A DNA stretch of 64,000 bases from Dehalococcoidia bacterium (GTDB taxonomy: Bacteria; Chloroflexota; Dehalococcoidia; Plut-88900). Below are positions 1 to 8,440 of this stretch, one piece after another. Both the position numbers and the translations under genes were made by a program. The DNA lies in NCBI GenBank assembly GCA_965249275.1, contig CBDFLQ010000007.1, positions 448,001 through 512,000 on the forward strand, in the 5' to 3' direction. The notes below the pieces were generated by a model, which saw only the letters and a list, made by a program, of their open reading frames with translations, did not search any database and was not told the DNA's origin. Position 1 is the stretch's first letter. Each line of letters starts with the position of its first letter.

Positions 1-900
1 GTCATCCTTGATCTTTTCCAGCTCTTCGAAGGACTGGTCAACCTGCTCAGGGGTGAGCTTGGATATGGCGTTCCGTCCTTCTACGGTTTCCAGGATCTCA
101 GGGGTACGGTTGAAGTGAGCGAAGAAGATGTTCTCGTTCACCCTGCGACCCATCCACCTGACTCCGGGGAAGTTCTCGGTGTCCCAGAGGGCTGTCCAGT
201 CGGTGGGGGCTACTCCGCCCCAAAGCTCGTCGACCTTGTTCTTCTGGTAGGCGAGACCCGTGGACCAGAGAACTCCGCCGCCGCCGCTCCACGGGGTAAT
301 GGCCACCTCGGGGAAGAAGGGGAGGTAACGGTTGTGGATAGCCGGGGTCAGCTCTTCAAGGTCACCCGTCGGGCCAAGCTGGTAAACGGCCCTGGTGCCC
401 GAGTCGACTACGTCCCAGGTCACGTTTCCGGTTTCCACCATGGAACGGATCTTCGCGTACTCAACGGGGCTGTCTTCAATTAGATTGATGTTGAATTTAT
501 CCGCGAATGGTATGAAGTAGGCCTGCCTCTGGGCCGCCTGGTATGCGCCGCCCCAGGAAGTTACGTTGAGGCTCTGGCCGCTGTAGTTCGCCAGCTCCGC
601 CTCGATTTCTTCGAAGGTACCCGGCGCATCAGCGGTCCAGTCGGCCATGGCCCGGAGTTCGGGGGGTGCAGGCTCGGGTTCGGGGGTAGCTGTAACTACG
701 CCAGCAGGTACTGCCGTAGCCGTGGCCTCCTCCATCGCCGGCTCAGCCGTTGGCTCTTCCATCGCTGGCTCGGGGGTTGCCGTGGCGGCTTCGCCACAGG
801 CAGCGACCACGAGCATGAGGGCCAGGACCAGTCCCAGCGCTCCGACGATGGCCCGGCGCCTGCCCAGGCTCATCTTGATTCGTTTCTTTCCTAATTGCAT
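1..900 (-). CDS. Extracellular solute-binding lipoprotein, PotD/PotF (polyamine) type; 3' end runs off the window
   Basis: Manual translation from ATG at 900: MQLGKKRIKMSLGRRRAIVGALGLVLALMLVVAACGEAATATPEP...; AGGAGAG RBS; lipobox; later TSWGGAYQAAQ...IEDSP...WDVVD motifs match the neighbouring paralog 1214-2527. Absent from the ORF track because it has no stop in the window. Confidence 0.88.
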   Translation of the reverse strand, partial: MQLGKKRIKMSLGRRRAIVGALGLVLALMLVVAACGEAATATPEPAMEEPTAEPAMEEATATAVPAGVVTATPEPEPAPPELRAMADWTADAPGTFEEIEAELANYSGQSLNVTSWGGAYQAAQRQAYFIPFADKFNINLIEDSPVEYAKIRSMVETGNVTWDVVDSGTRAVYQLGPTGDLEELTPAIHNRYLPFFPEVAITPWSGGGGVLWSTGLAYQKNKVDELWGGVAPTDWTALWDTENFPGVRWMGRRVNENIFFAHFNRTPEILETVEGRNAISKLTPEQVDQSFEELEKIKDD

Positions 901-1112
901 AAGCTCTCCTATCTAAAAGTACTTACGCGTCTCACTTTAGTCGACGCGTCCATCTTCATATGCCGGGGTCCCGTTAGTTCCATAGGCGTTCTCCTCAAGG
1001 TTAGGTCTGTTTGTCGTATTACTTCGATAATACAGCTAATTTTGTCTTTGAACCTTTGCCGGTCTCTCAAATTATGAAGGCAGGTAAAGGATACCACCTA
1101 CCGGTTCTAATC

Positions 1113-1154
1113 GGATGGAGGCGGAAGAGGTCTGAGCCTCCCCCGCCTCTATCC
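1113..1154 (-). terminator. GC-rich hairpin downstream of the 1214-2527 gene (terminator or mRNA-stabilising stem)
   Basis: Imperfect inverted repeat GGATGGAGGCGGAAGAGG...CCTCCCCCGCCTCTATCC. Confidence 0.5.
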
Positions 1155-1213
1155 TGATTGCTGATTTCTCGTTTTTCTGTCAAGTTAAGGCCTACTCCGC
1201 AGTTAATCGTCAG

Positions 1214-2527
1214 CTACTCCTGCAGCAGTTCCTGGAATTGTTCGATCAGCATTTGACCGTCATCCAGGTTGGTGCCCAGCCAGTACTCATCCATGAGCAC
1301 GACCTTCTCCAACGCGATGGGGGAAGTCGGCAGGGCATCCACAATCTCCGGAGCGAGCACCGAGGGCGCCAGGGCGACCGCGTCCGCGTGCAGGGGCCCG
1401 TAGGTGATGTAGTTGGAAACCTGGACGGCATTCTCCGGGAATCCCATCCACGCCAGGTACAACTCCGATAGTTCTTTGTTGGGGGAGCCCTTAACTATCG
1501 AGTAGACGCCGGTCTGGTTGATGTGTCCACACTCGTAGCAGTAGTAGAGCGGGGAATTCTCATCCTCTTGCTGGGCGTTCCAGATCCTGCCGTTCCAGGC
1601 GGAGCATGTGTCGAAGTCCCCTGCTATCAGTCCCTGGGGGCAATCGGTGCCGGTGTGCCACCAGTTGATCAGGTCGTCTTTTATCACCCTAAGGTGCTGG
1701 AAGGACTCTTCCACCTGTGCGTCGTCCAGGCTGCTTATGCTCTGTCTGCCCTCAACCGTTTCCAACAGCTCCGGATGGAGCGCCATCTGGGCAAAGATCA
1801 CGTTCTCGTTGGGCCGGTCACCCAGAGACCTGTATCCGGGAACGCCTTCGACATCCCAGAAGTCGACCCAACTCGTGGGAGCGCCCTCGTGATTGGGGTA
1901 GGCGTCGAAACTGTAGGCCAGACCGGTTGACCACATGATGCCGGCGCCGCCGCTCCAAGGCGTGACGGTAATGGCAGGATACCCGTCCAGGTAGCCCTTG
2001 TGGATCGCCGGATCCAGTTCTTCCAGGTAGCCGGGAATGCCGAGGGTGTAGACCCACCTGGTGCCGAAGTCGACGACGTCCCAGGTCACGTTGCCCGTTT
2101 CCGCCATCGCCTTTATCTTGGCCAGCTCGACTGGGCTGTCTTCAACTATCCCAATCCCGAACTTATCCGCGAAGGGGATCATGTGGCCCTGTCTGACGGC
2201 CGCCTGCCAGCCGCCGCCCCAGCTGGTCTGGTTTAAGCTCTGGCCGCGGTATTTGGTCAGCTCCGCCTCGATCTCAGCCAACGTGGCCGGATTCTCTTCG
2301 GTCCACTCCGACCGGGGTCTGACGTGGCTCACCATCGCATCCCCATCGTCCATGGCATCGTCATCGGTTTCCATGGTCGTGTCCGGTTCCTCGGGTTCGG
2401 GGGTCGCGGTCGCAGACTCGCCGCACGCTGCGCCTACTAGCAACGCCATCGCCAGGACGCTAAGTACGGCAAGCAAGGTCCACTTCTCGGTCAATCTTCG
2501 TCTCAAGGTCGTAGATATTTGTCTCAT
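1214..2527 (-). CDS. Extracellular solute-binding lipoprotein, PotD/PotF (spermidine/putrescine) family
   Basis: Lipobox VGAAC, acidic linker, SWGG...Q, WDVVD, PTSWVDFWD, AWNGR and YITYGP motifs of polyamine-type SBPs. Confidence 0.88.
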   Translation of the reverse strand: MRQISTTLRRRLTEKWTLLAVLSVLAMALLVGAACGESATATPEPEEPDTTMETDDDAMDDGDAMVSHVRPRSEWTEENPATLAEIEAELTKYRGQSLNQTSWGGGWQAAVRQGHMIPFADKFGIGIVEDSPVELAKIKAMAETGNVTWDVVDFGTRWVYTLGIPGYLEELDPAIHKGYLDGYPAITVTPWSGGAGIMWSTGLAYSFDAYPNHEGAPTSWVDFWDVEGVPGYRSLGDRPNENVIFAQMALHPELLETVEGRQSISSLDDAQVEESFQHLRVIKDDLINWWHTGTDCPQGLIAGDFDTCSAWNGRIWNAQQEDENSPLYYCYECGHINQTGVYSIVKGSPNKELSELYLAWMGFPENAVQVSNYITYGPLHADAVALAPSVLAPEIVDALPTSPIALEKVVLMDEYWLGTNLDDGQMLIEQFQELLQE

Positions 2528-2650
2528 ATTCCCTCCTTCACCGAGTTGTTCATCCGTGTCTGGATGGCTTCCATTGGTCTAATGTCAGCCCGTTTTAACG
2601 GTTTTGCCTGAAGGTAAAAGGGTAACCTCCCCCCTTATAGAGATTAGGGG

Positions 2651-2680
2651 ATTCTATAGACGGGCCACTCCATTTGTCAA
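2651..2680 (-). promoter_or_regulatory. Sigma70-type promoter for the SBP genes
   Basis: Minus strand TTGACA-N18-TAGAAT, about 125 bp upstream of the 2527 start. Confidence 0.6.
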
Positions 2681-2785
2681 ATTTTGCCCATCCCAGCACC
2701 TTGTCAGACGGCCTCTCAATAGCATCTAACTACTCGTAAAGTACTGATGGTATACTCACGCCACCCAACCCCGAGAGGTAAACCG

Positions 2786-3940
2786 TTGCAACAAAACCCT
2801 AATCTTCCCTTCACAGCCGACGAATATCGTATACGGGTCGAAAAGACCCTTGAAGCCATGAATAGTAAAGGCCTCGACGGCCTGATGATTCACTCACCTG
2901 AAAACATCTACTATCTAACCGGCTACCACAGCGTCGGCTATTTCACCTATACCGCACTTATTCTTACTTCAAAGGGTGTGACCATAGTGGCGAGAAGCCT
3001 GCTATCCAGCATGGTAAAGCACACTTCCTGGGTTGATGACTTCCAAGGCTGGACCGACACCCAGGACCCCATCGCCACTACCAAGATCGCCCTCGACTCC
3101 GCCGGTCTTATCGGCAAAAACGTCGGCTATGACGAGCAGGCATGGTTCTATAACATCGGGCACCACAATGCACTTGTTGCCAGTTGCGGCGCCACGAATT
3201 TTGTAGAGACGGCGGGCCTCGTAGAAGTTGTCCGCCGATTCAAGTCGCCCCAGGAGGTCGCATACATCCGGGAAGCAGCGCGAACTTGCAAGGCCGCCAT
3301 GCAGGGCTGTATCGACGCTATAGAAGAAGGCGCCACCGAGAATGACGCCGCTGCCGCCGCATATTACGAATCTATCAAGGCGGGCAGCGAGTACCTGGGC
3401 CACGCTATGCTCGTGGCTACCGGCGCCCGGGGTGGCATCGGATTCACCACCTGGGAGCGGACCCCCATAAATCGCGGCGACCTTCTCTTCCTGGAAATGG
3501 GCGGGACCTACAAGCGCTACAACGCCGCCATGTCCCGCGGTGTGGTTGTCGGCGAGCCCTCCGATCTAGCCAAACGCCTGGCCGAAGCTTCGAGAGGCGC
3601 CCTCGAACGGGCCATAGAAGCGATGCAGCCCGGCGCGACTTCCGCTTCCGTAGACAGGGCCGCTCGAGGCTACATGGAAGAAAAGGGCCTCGGCGAGCAC
3701 TTCCAACACCGCTGCGGCTACCTCATCGGCATCGGTTTTCCCCCCGACTGGGGCGAGGGCCGCTTGATGAGCATCATCGAGAACGACGAGACTCCCTTGG
3801 AACCCGGCCTTGTCTTCCACCTGGTCCCCGACGTCAAAATCGACGGCGAGATCGGCGTAATCTACTCCGATACCATCCTCGTAACCGACTCGGGCCCCGA
3901 GGTCCTGACCGACTTCCCCAGAGACCTCGTAGTAAAATAA
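2786..3940 (+). CDS. M24-family hydrolase, ectoine hydrolase DoeA/EutD- or creatinase-like
   Basis: Creatinase_N (PENIYYLTGY), KSPQE, and GYLIGIGFPPDWGEG motif typical of DoeA/EutD. TTG start at 2786 follows a GAGAGG RBS (track start 2747). Confidence 0.8.
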   Translation: MQQNPNLPFTADEYRIRVEKTLEAMNSKGLDGLMIHSPENIYYLTGYHSVGYFTYTALILTSKGVTIVARSLLSSMVKHTSWVDDFQGWTDTQDPIATTKIALDSAGLIGKNVGYDEQAWFYNIGHHNALVASCGATNFVETAGLVEVVRRFKSPQEVAYIREAARTCKAAMQGCIDAIEEGATENDAAAAAYYESIKAGSEYLGHAMLVATGARGGIGFTTWERTPINRGDLLFLEMGGTYKRYNAAMSRGVVVGEPSDLAKRLAEASRGALERAIEAMQPGATSASVDRAARGYMEEKGLGEHFQHRCGYLIGIGFPPDWGEGRLMSIIENDETPLEPGLVFHLVPDVKIDGEIGVIYSDTILVTDSGPEVLTDFPRDLVVK

Positions 3941-3994
3941 GACCGCTCCCAAGAACCTCCCCCCATCCCTTTCTCTCATGCCATTCCGCGGGGT

Positions 3995-4060
3995 AGGGCC
4001 GCTCACCCTGAGCACCGTCGAAGGGTCGAGCGGGGGTGGCCCATGTACAGCCAATCCGTC
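3995..4060. repeat. REP-like palindrome family A (CCCTGAGC-N4-GTCGAAGGG) with GCCAATCCGTC tail
   Basis: Near-identical to 11377-11441; related copies near 55630, 55825 and 60870. Confidence 0.8.
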
Positions 4061-4104
4061 ACGCCCGCCTTCATCCCAACCCAGCTTCTTTACACTGTCA
4101 TTCC

Positions 4105-5160
4105 TGTAAGTGTTAGGTAATTCGTTGACAGATTGGTATAAGAGGCCAACACCAATCTGGAGGCGAGAATGCGAGACAATAGCAAGGATCTCACCCTTGA
4201 ACGGAACTACATTCAGAAGTGGCGGTTCCTCATCCATGAGTATCAACTGGTCAAGGCAGGGAAGCATCCCCGTTTCCGCTTCGCCCAGGACTTCTACTCC
4301 TTCCACGGCACCAGCCGTCAGACCTTTGCCAAGTACTACAACCGATTCCTCCTCTCCCCCTCCGACAACGCCTTCCTCCCCCGTAAGCGGGGTCCCGGGT
4401 GGAAGTCCCGCCGCACCCTGCCCTACATTGAGCAGAAGGTCATCAACGAGCGCCTTAACGGTACCAACCGTTACGAGATCTATGCCATACTCAAACCCAT
4501 CCTTAAACACAACACCCCTAAGCCCTCCACCATCTACGCCATCACCAGACGCCACGGTTTCAATAGGCTCACAAAGCCGATGCAGCAATCGAAGCGCAAG
4601 ATCATCAAGACCCGGGCAGGAGAGCTGGGCCACCTGGACAGCCACTACCTCAGCCGGGATACCATCGTGGGCACCAAGCACCGCTACTACCTGGTGGGCC
4701 TCATCGACGCCTACACCCGTCTGGCCTGGGCCGAAGTGGTCGGAGACATCAAGAGTCTCTCCGTTATGTTTGCTGTATTGAAGTCCATCAACTTCCTCAA
4801 TGCGGAGTACGGCATCCAATTCGAGGCTATCCTCACCGACAACGGCCCCGAGATGGCCTCCCCAAGGAACACCGAGGGCCACCCCATGGAACGGATGCTC
4901 AATGAGCTGGGCATAAAGCACCGCTACACCCGCCCTTATAGGCCCCAGACCAACGGGAAGATAGAGCGGTTCTGGAGAACCTTGAACGAGGACCTGCTGG
5001 AGGGGACAACCTTCGAATCGGTCTCGGAACTGAAGGACGAGCTTCAGCAATACCTGATCTACTACAATACTCAGAGACCCCACCAGGCAATGGACGGAAA
5101 GACCCCTTTGCAAACCCTTAAATCTCTCTAATTCTGTCAACGAATTACCTGACATCTACA
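4105..5160 (+). mobile_element. IS481-family insertion sequence, copy 1 (1056 bp)
   Basis: Terminal IRs TGTAAGTGTTAGGTAATTCGTTGACAGA and TCTGTCAACGAATTACCTGACATCTACA; 5-bp direct repeat ATTCC at 4100-4104 and 5161-5165. Confidence 0.93.
4169..5131 (+). CDS. IS481-family DDE transposase (rve/integrase core)
   Basis: GHLDSH, LTDNGPE, PQTNGKIERFWRTL and YNTQRPHQ motifs. Confidence 0.95.
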   Translation: MRDNSKDLTLERNYIQKWRFLIHEYQLVKAGKHPRFRFAQDFYSFHGTSRQTFAKYYNRFLLSPSDNAFLPRKRGPGWKSRRTLPYIEQKVINERLNGTNRYEIYAILKPILKHNTPKPSTIYAITRRHGFNRLTKPMQQSKRKIIKTRAGELGHLDSHYLSRDTIVGTKHRYYLVGLIDAYTRLAWAEVVGDIKSLSVMFAVLKSINFLNAEYGIQFEAILTDNGPEMASPRNTEGHPMERMLNELGIKHRYTRPYRPQTNGKIERFWRTLNEDLLEGTTFESVSELKDELQQYLIYYNTQRPHQAMDGKTPLQTLKSL

Positions 5161-5214
5161 ATTCCGAGGCTCCGCGAGGAATCTGGGGCGGGGCCTCCCT
5201 CCCCCCTAGGTAAC

Positions 5215-5255
5215 GACATATGAGCCATGCTGCTCCGCAGCATGGCTCATATGTC
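5215..5255. repeat. Perfect 19-bp-stem palindrome
   Basis: GACATATGAGCCATGCTGC-TCC-GCAGCATGGCTCATATGTC. Confidence 0.9.
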
Positions 5256-5350
5256 AATAAAACAGGGGGGCGGGGCGGGGTCCTGTCCCCTCTCCCTCTG
5301 ACGGGAGAGGGCTAGGGTGAGGGTGATTCCCCAAAAGTGACACGATCCCC

Positions 5351-5380
5351 TTGACTAAATCAAAACACATGTACTATATT
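5351..5380 (+). promoter_or_regulatory. Sigma70-like promoter overlapping a LexA-like box (AAAC-ACAT-GTAC)
   Basis: TTGACT-N18-TATATT; same layout at 12858-12887 and 61123-61152. Confidence 0.6.
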
Positions 5381-5440
5381 GCTGCCCAGGCCCGACTTCC
5401 TATGTCGGCCCTATCCAAGGAAAAGGATTAAAAGAGTCCC

Positions 5441-6181
5441 ATGAGTCGCACAAGCCTTCATAGGCCCCGTCCTCCCCGTGCGGTATGGCTCCGCCCGGCC
5501 ACAGGCACGCGCCTCTTTCCCTGCCCCTTTCCACCCATCGTCCCCCTTCACACCCCCCACTACAAGCGCTGCCCAAAGGCCCATCGCCTCCGCCTCCGCA
5601 GCGATCAATCACTGTCCCCCCCGGTCCACGTGACCGGCTATGGAAGGTTCCCGGACAAAAAACGGCTTGCCCTTTCCAAGGGCTCCTGCCAAGTGCGCGC
5701 TGCACTCAACCGGCGCAACACCCTCGCCCTCTCGGGCGGCGCCCACGAGCACGGCGTCAAGTTGCTCAACAGGGCCATCGTGCCCGGAGACTCCACCGTC
5801 GTTGCCCTCGGAGAGGCCATGCCACACGGCGACGGCAGAGAGTCCACGCCCCCATATCTCCGTATGGCTGGGCACTTCTGGTGGCCGAGACTGCCCCACA
5901 CCGAGATTCCCTCGCGTCTCTTCCACATCCTCTCAGAAGCACGGGGCTGTCGCAAAGCCGGCGTCGATGTGGAACATCCGCTGTGGCGGACAACACTCAT
6001 CGGTACAGGCGTCGCCGTCTTCCTGCGCAACCGTCCGGGACCTTCCATCCCCTCCCTCTCCCTCTCTATCTGTCCCCTCCCCCGTAGGGGCGACCGGCTG
6101 GTCGCTCTGGGGTGGGGCTCGCCTATTGTCCCCCCGCCACCCACGAAAGGAGCCCGCCTACCCGCCAACGCCCACAACTGA
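5441..6181 (+). CDS. Possible hypothetical or degenerate ORF behind the SOS-like promoter
   Basis: Only the central segment (LALSGGAHEHGVKLLNRAIVPGDSTVVALGEAM) looks protein-like; the 3' end runs through REP sequence. Confidence 0.25.
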   Translation: MSRTSLHRPRPPRAVWLRPATGTRLFPCPFPPIVPLHTPHYKRCPKAHRLRLRSDQSLSPPVHVTGYGRFPDKKRLALSKGSCQVRAALNRRNTLALSGGAHEHGVKLLNRAIVPGDSTVVALGEAMPHGDGRESTPPYLRMAGHFWWPRLPHTEIPSRLFHILSEARGCRKAGVDVEHPLWRTTLIGTGVAVFLRNRPGPSIPSLSLSICPLPRRGDRLVALGWGSPIVPPPPTKGARLPANAHN

Positions 6182-6198
6182 ATAACCGCCGCCCCTAC
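6084..6198. repeat. GTAG-type REP with inverted partner end (REPIN-like)
   Basis: GTAGGGGCGACCGGCTGGTCGCTC at 6084-6107 and CGCCCCTAC at 6190-6198; second copy at 13526-13549. Confidence 0.7.
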
Positions 6199-6230
6199 AT
6201 TCAGGCGTATTTACCGGTCAAAGGCCGGGG

Positions 6231-7205
6231 TTAACGGGTCTCCCGCCGCGCTACCCACCTGGGCTGGTCGCAGATGTCGCCCAGGAACTCCATCACCGTG
6301 TGGGCCGCCAGGTAGGAGGTCACCCCCGTCCCGACGTCCAGCTGCGGATTAACCTCGCACAGGTCAAACCCTATGATGTCGGCGTGCTCGGCCAGCACCT
6401 TCAGGGTCTTCTGGAGTTCCGCGTACATCATCCCGTTCGGCTCCGCCGAGACGCAGCCCGGGACCAGGCTCATATCCAGCACGTCTATGTCTATGGACAC
6501 GTAGCACCTGGCATTCGATGGCAGCTCCTCCACCAGGTCCTTATGCCCCCTGTCCCGGAACTCTTCCATGCTTATTACGTGATTCCCGTCACGGAACGAG
6601 TCATCGATGTTCTCCTTGATATTACGCAGGCTGCGGATTCCAACCTGATATATCGACTCTACGTTCTGCATTGCGTTGATGTGCCGAAAGGCATGACCAT
6701 TGGTGTATTCAAACCCGTGCATAAACGGCGCGTAGTCTATGTGGGCGTCGAAGTGGAAGACGTACAGCGGGTCTTCGTAGGCCCGGACCACGGGGAAGGT
6801 GATCGCGTGGTCCCCGCCCAGAACGACGGGCATGGCGCCCCTCTCCAGAACCTTCTTTGTCATGGCGGTGATGTTGTAGAAGGAGTCCTCGGCGTTGGTC
6901 GGTATTATCGGTGCGTCACCGACATCCGCGATACGCCCGTTCTTCATCTCGTATTCCAGGTATTCCTTGTCCTCGGAGAAGTTGTAGAACCCCTCCTGTC
7001 CGAAGCGCAGCGAGTGCTGCCTGATGCTCTGGGGCGCGAACCGTGCGCCGCCCATGAACGGCGAGCCTTCGTCCGTCGGGGCGCCCATGACCGCGATGTC
7101 GGCCTCCAGCTGGTCCAGGTCCGTCACGATCCTCGACCTCAAGAACGAAGGAATCCCGCTGAACGGCCAGACTTTCGCGCCACGGTACATGTCATGTTGC
7201 TGCAT
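6231..7205 (-). CDS. Ureohydrolase (agmatinase/guanidino-acid hydrolase family)
   Basis: GGDHAIT, DAHID and SIDIDVLD metal motifs; GIPSFLR N-terminus. Confidence 0.92.
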   Translation of the reverse strand: MQQHDMYRGAKVWPFSGIPSFLRSRIVTDLDQLEADIAVMGAPTDEGSPFMGGARFAPQSIRQHSLRFGQEGFYNFSEDKEYLEYEMKNGRIADVGDAPIIPTNAEDSFYNITAMTKKVLERGAMPVVLGGDHAITFPVVRAYEDPLYVFHFDAHIDYAPFMHGFEYTNGHAFRHINAMQNVESIYQVGIRSLRNIKENIDDSFRDGNHVISMEEFRDRGHKDLVEELPSNARCYVSIDIDVLDMSLVPGCVSAEPNGMMYAELQKTLKVLAEHADIIGFDLCEVNPQLDVGTGVTSYLAAHTVMEFLGDICDQPRWVARRETR

Positions 7206-7302
7206 TTCTTAGTCCTTTATGTAAATTGAGGCCGCTTTATGTAAATCCTGCCTCGTGTCCCTCGCCAGTCTAGGGGGTTAGGGTGAGGATAAACTTGGCC
7301 CC

Positions 7303-8382
7303 TTAATTCGCGCTGAACCCGTACAAGGAAGCGGCGTTTGAGCTGACTATCTGCTGCTTGTGGTCCTCCTGCACGCCCTCGAACTGCCTCTCTATCGCCT
7401 CCCGGGACTTGGGCCACGTGCCCTCGTGGTGCGGGTAGTCGTTGCCCCAGAGCAGGCACCCGGCGCCCGTGAACGAGATGTTAGACAACCCCACCGCATC
7501 CTCCCCGAAGGTCGCATATCCCTGCCTTCGGAAATAATCGCTGGGCTTCATGTCCAGCTTGGGCCTAACATACATGTGGTGCTTGTCCGCTCCTTCATCC
7601 ATCGCGAGCATGTTCCAGGCAATCCACCCTATCCCCGACTCCACGATCACGAACTTCATCTTCGGGTGATTCATCAGTACCCCCGAGGAGCACAGGTACG
7701 TCGTTACGTCTATCCCGTCGACCAGAGCGCCCATCACGTAGTTAATGATCGCCCCACCCGGCCCCCTCTCAATGCGCGGGTCACGGCCGCTGCTTATGTG
7801 AAAGTTCGCCGGCAGCCCCACTTCCTCTATTGCACTCCAGAGGGGGTCGTACTCGGGTCTGTTGTAGGGGAGGGGCTGCTTGCTGGGCAGGAACATCGAC
7901 CCCATCCCCATCTTCGCGGTCCGGTAGACCTCTTCAACCGCGCCCTGGATATCGATCACCGGAATAAGAGCCGCCAATGCGAACCTCTCCCTGTGTGCTC
8001 CAAAGAGCTCAGCAGCCCAGTCATTGTAGGTCCGTGCCGCGGCCAGCTGGAAACCCGGGTCCGGCGACGCCGTCAATTCCAGCCCGTAGTTCGGGTAGAT
8101 CACCTCTGCCGCTACACCGTCCGTTTTCTGTGCCTCAAGCCGGACGTTGACATTCCATCCACCCAAGACCGCTTCCTCTCGTAATAGGTCATCCTTCCCC
8201 ATCTCTTCCGTGCCCAGCTCGACCTTCCTCGGGCGCAGGCCATCCCTGATTTCCAGCAGCTTCCCATCAACTACCTTCCTGTGGGGCGCCTTCGCCCGGT
8301 ACTCCGTCGGCATCCTCTCCTGCCACATGCTCAGCGGTTCGTCCACGTGAGAGTCCGCCGATATCAGTTTGTAGTCCATCAT
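7303..8382 (-). CDS. Amidohydrolase_2 family metal-dependent hydrolase/decarboxylase
   Basis: ISADSHV, NFHI, VESGIGW and WGNDYPHHEGTWP motifs. Confidence 0.9.
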   Translation of the reverse strand: MMDYKLISADSHVDEPLSMWQERMPTEYRAKAPHRKVVDGKLLEIRDGLRPRKVELGTEEMGKDDLLREEAVLGGWNVNVRLEAQKTDGVAAEVIYPNYGLELTASPDPGFQLAAARTYNDWAAELFGAHRERFALAALIPVIDIQGAVEEVYRTAKMGMGSMFLPSKQPLPYNRPEYDPLWSAIEEVGLPANFHISSGRDPRIERGPGGAIINYVMGALVDGIDVTTYLCSSGVLMNHPKMKFVIVESGIGWIAWNMLAMDEGADKHHMYVRPKLDMKPSDYFRRQGYATFGEDAVGLSNISFTGAGCLLWGNDYPHHEGTWPKSREAIERQFEGVQEDHKQQIVSSNAASLYGFSAN

Positions 8383-8440
8383 GCCACCACTCCTTTCAGG
8401 TCGTGCTCACCCGAATATTATCCACGGCTAGGCGTCCAGT

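Larger units (their letters stand above)
5271..6200 (+). repeat. Dispersed composite element copy 1 (REP + SOS-box-like promoter + degenerate C-rich body)
   Basis: Shares ordered blocks with 11468-13550 and 61041-61975: CCTGTCCCCTCTCCC...GGGTGAGGGTGA, GTGACAC..CCCCTTGAC-N18-TATATT, GGCNATGGAAG, ACTGAATAACC. Confidence 0.7.

Noticed and set aside
4110-4781. Ser/Pro/Thr-rich alternative-frame ORF in the IS (also 62017-62577)
   Set aside because: Out-of-frame read of a C-rich transposase; lengths differ between copies; no frameshift signal is needed because the transposase is complete
3566-5155. 529-aa antisense ORF over the IS481 transposase (and the 506-aa counterpart at 61542-63062)
   Set aside because: Shadow of the sense gene's codon bias; similarity between the two only reflects IS homology; no motifs, and it runs out into unrelated flanks
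7206-7300. Guanidine riboswitch upstream of the ureohydrolase
   Set aside because: No ykkC, mini-ykkC (paired ACGR loops) or guanidine-III consensus visible; the region holds a REP remnant and a direct repeat
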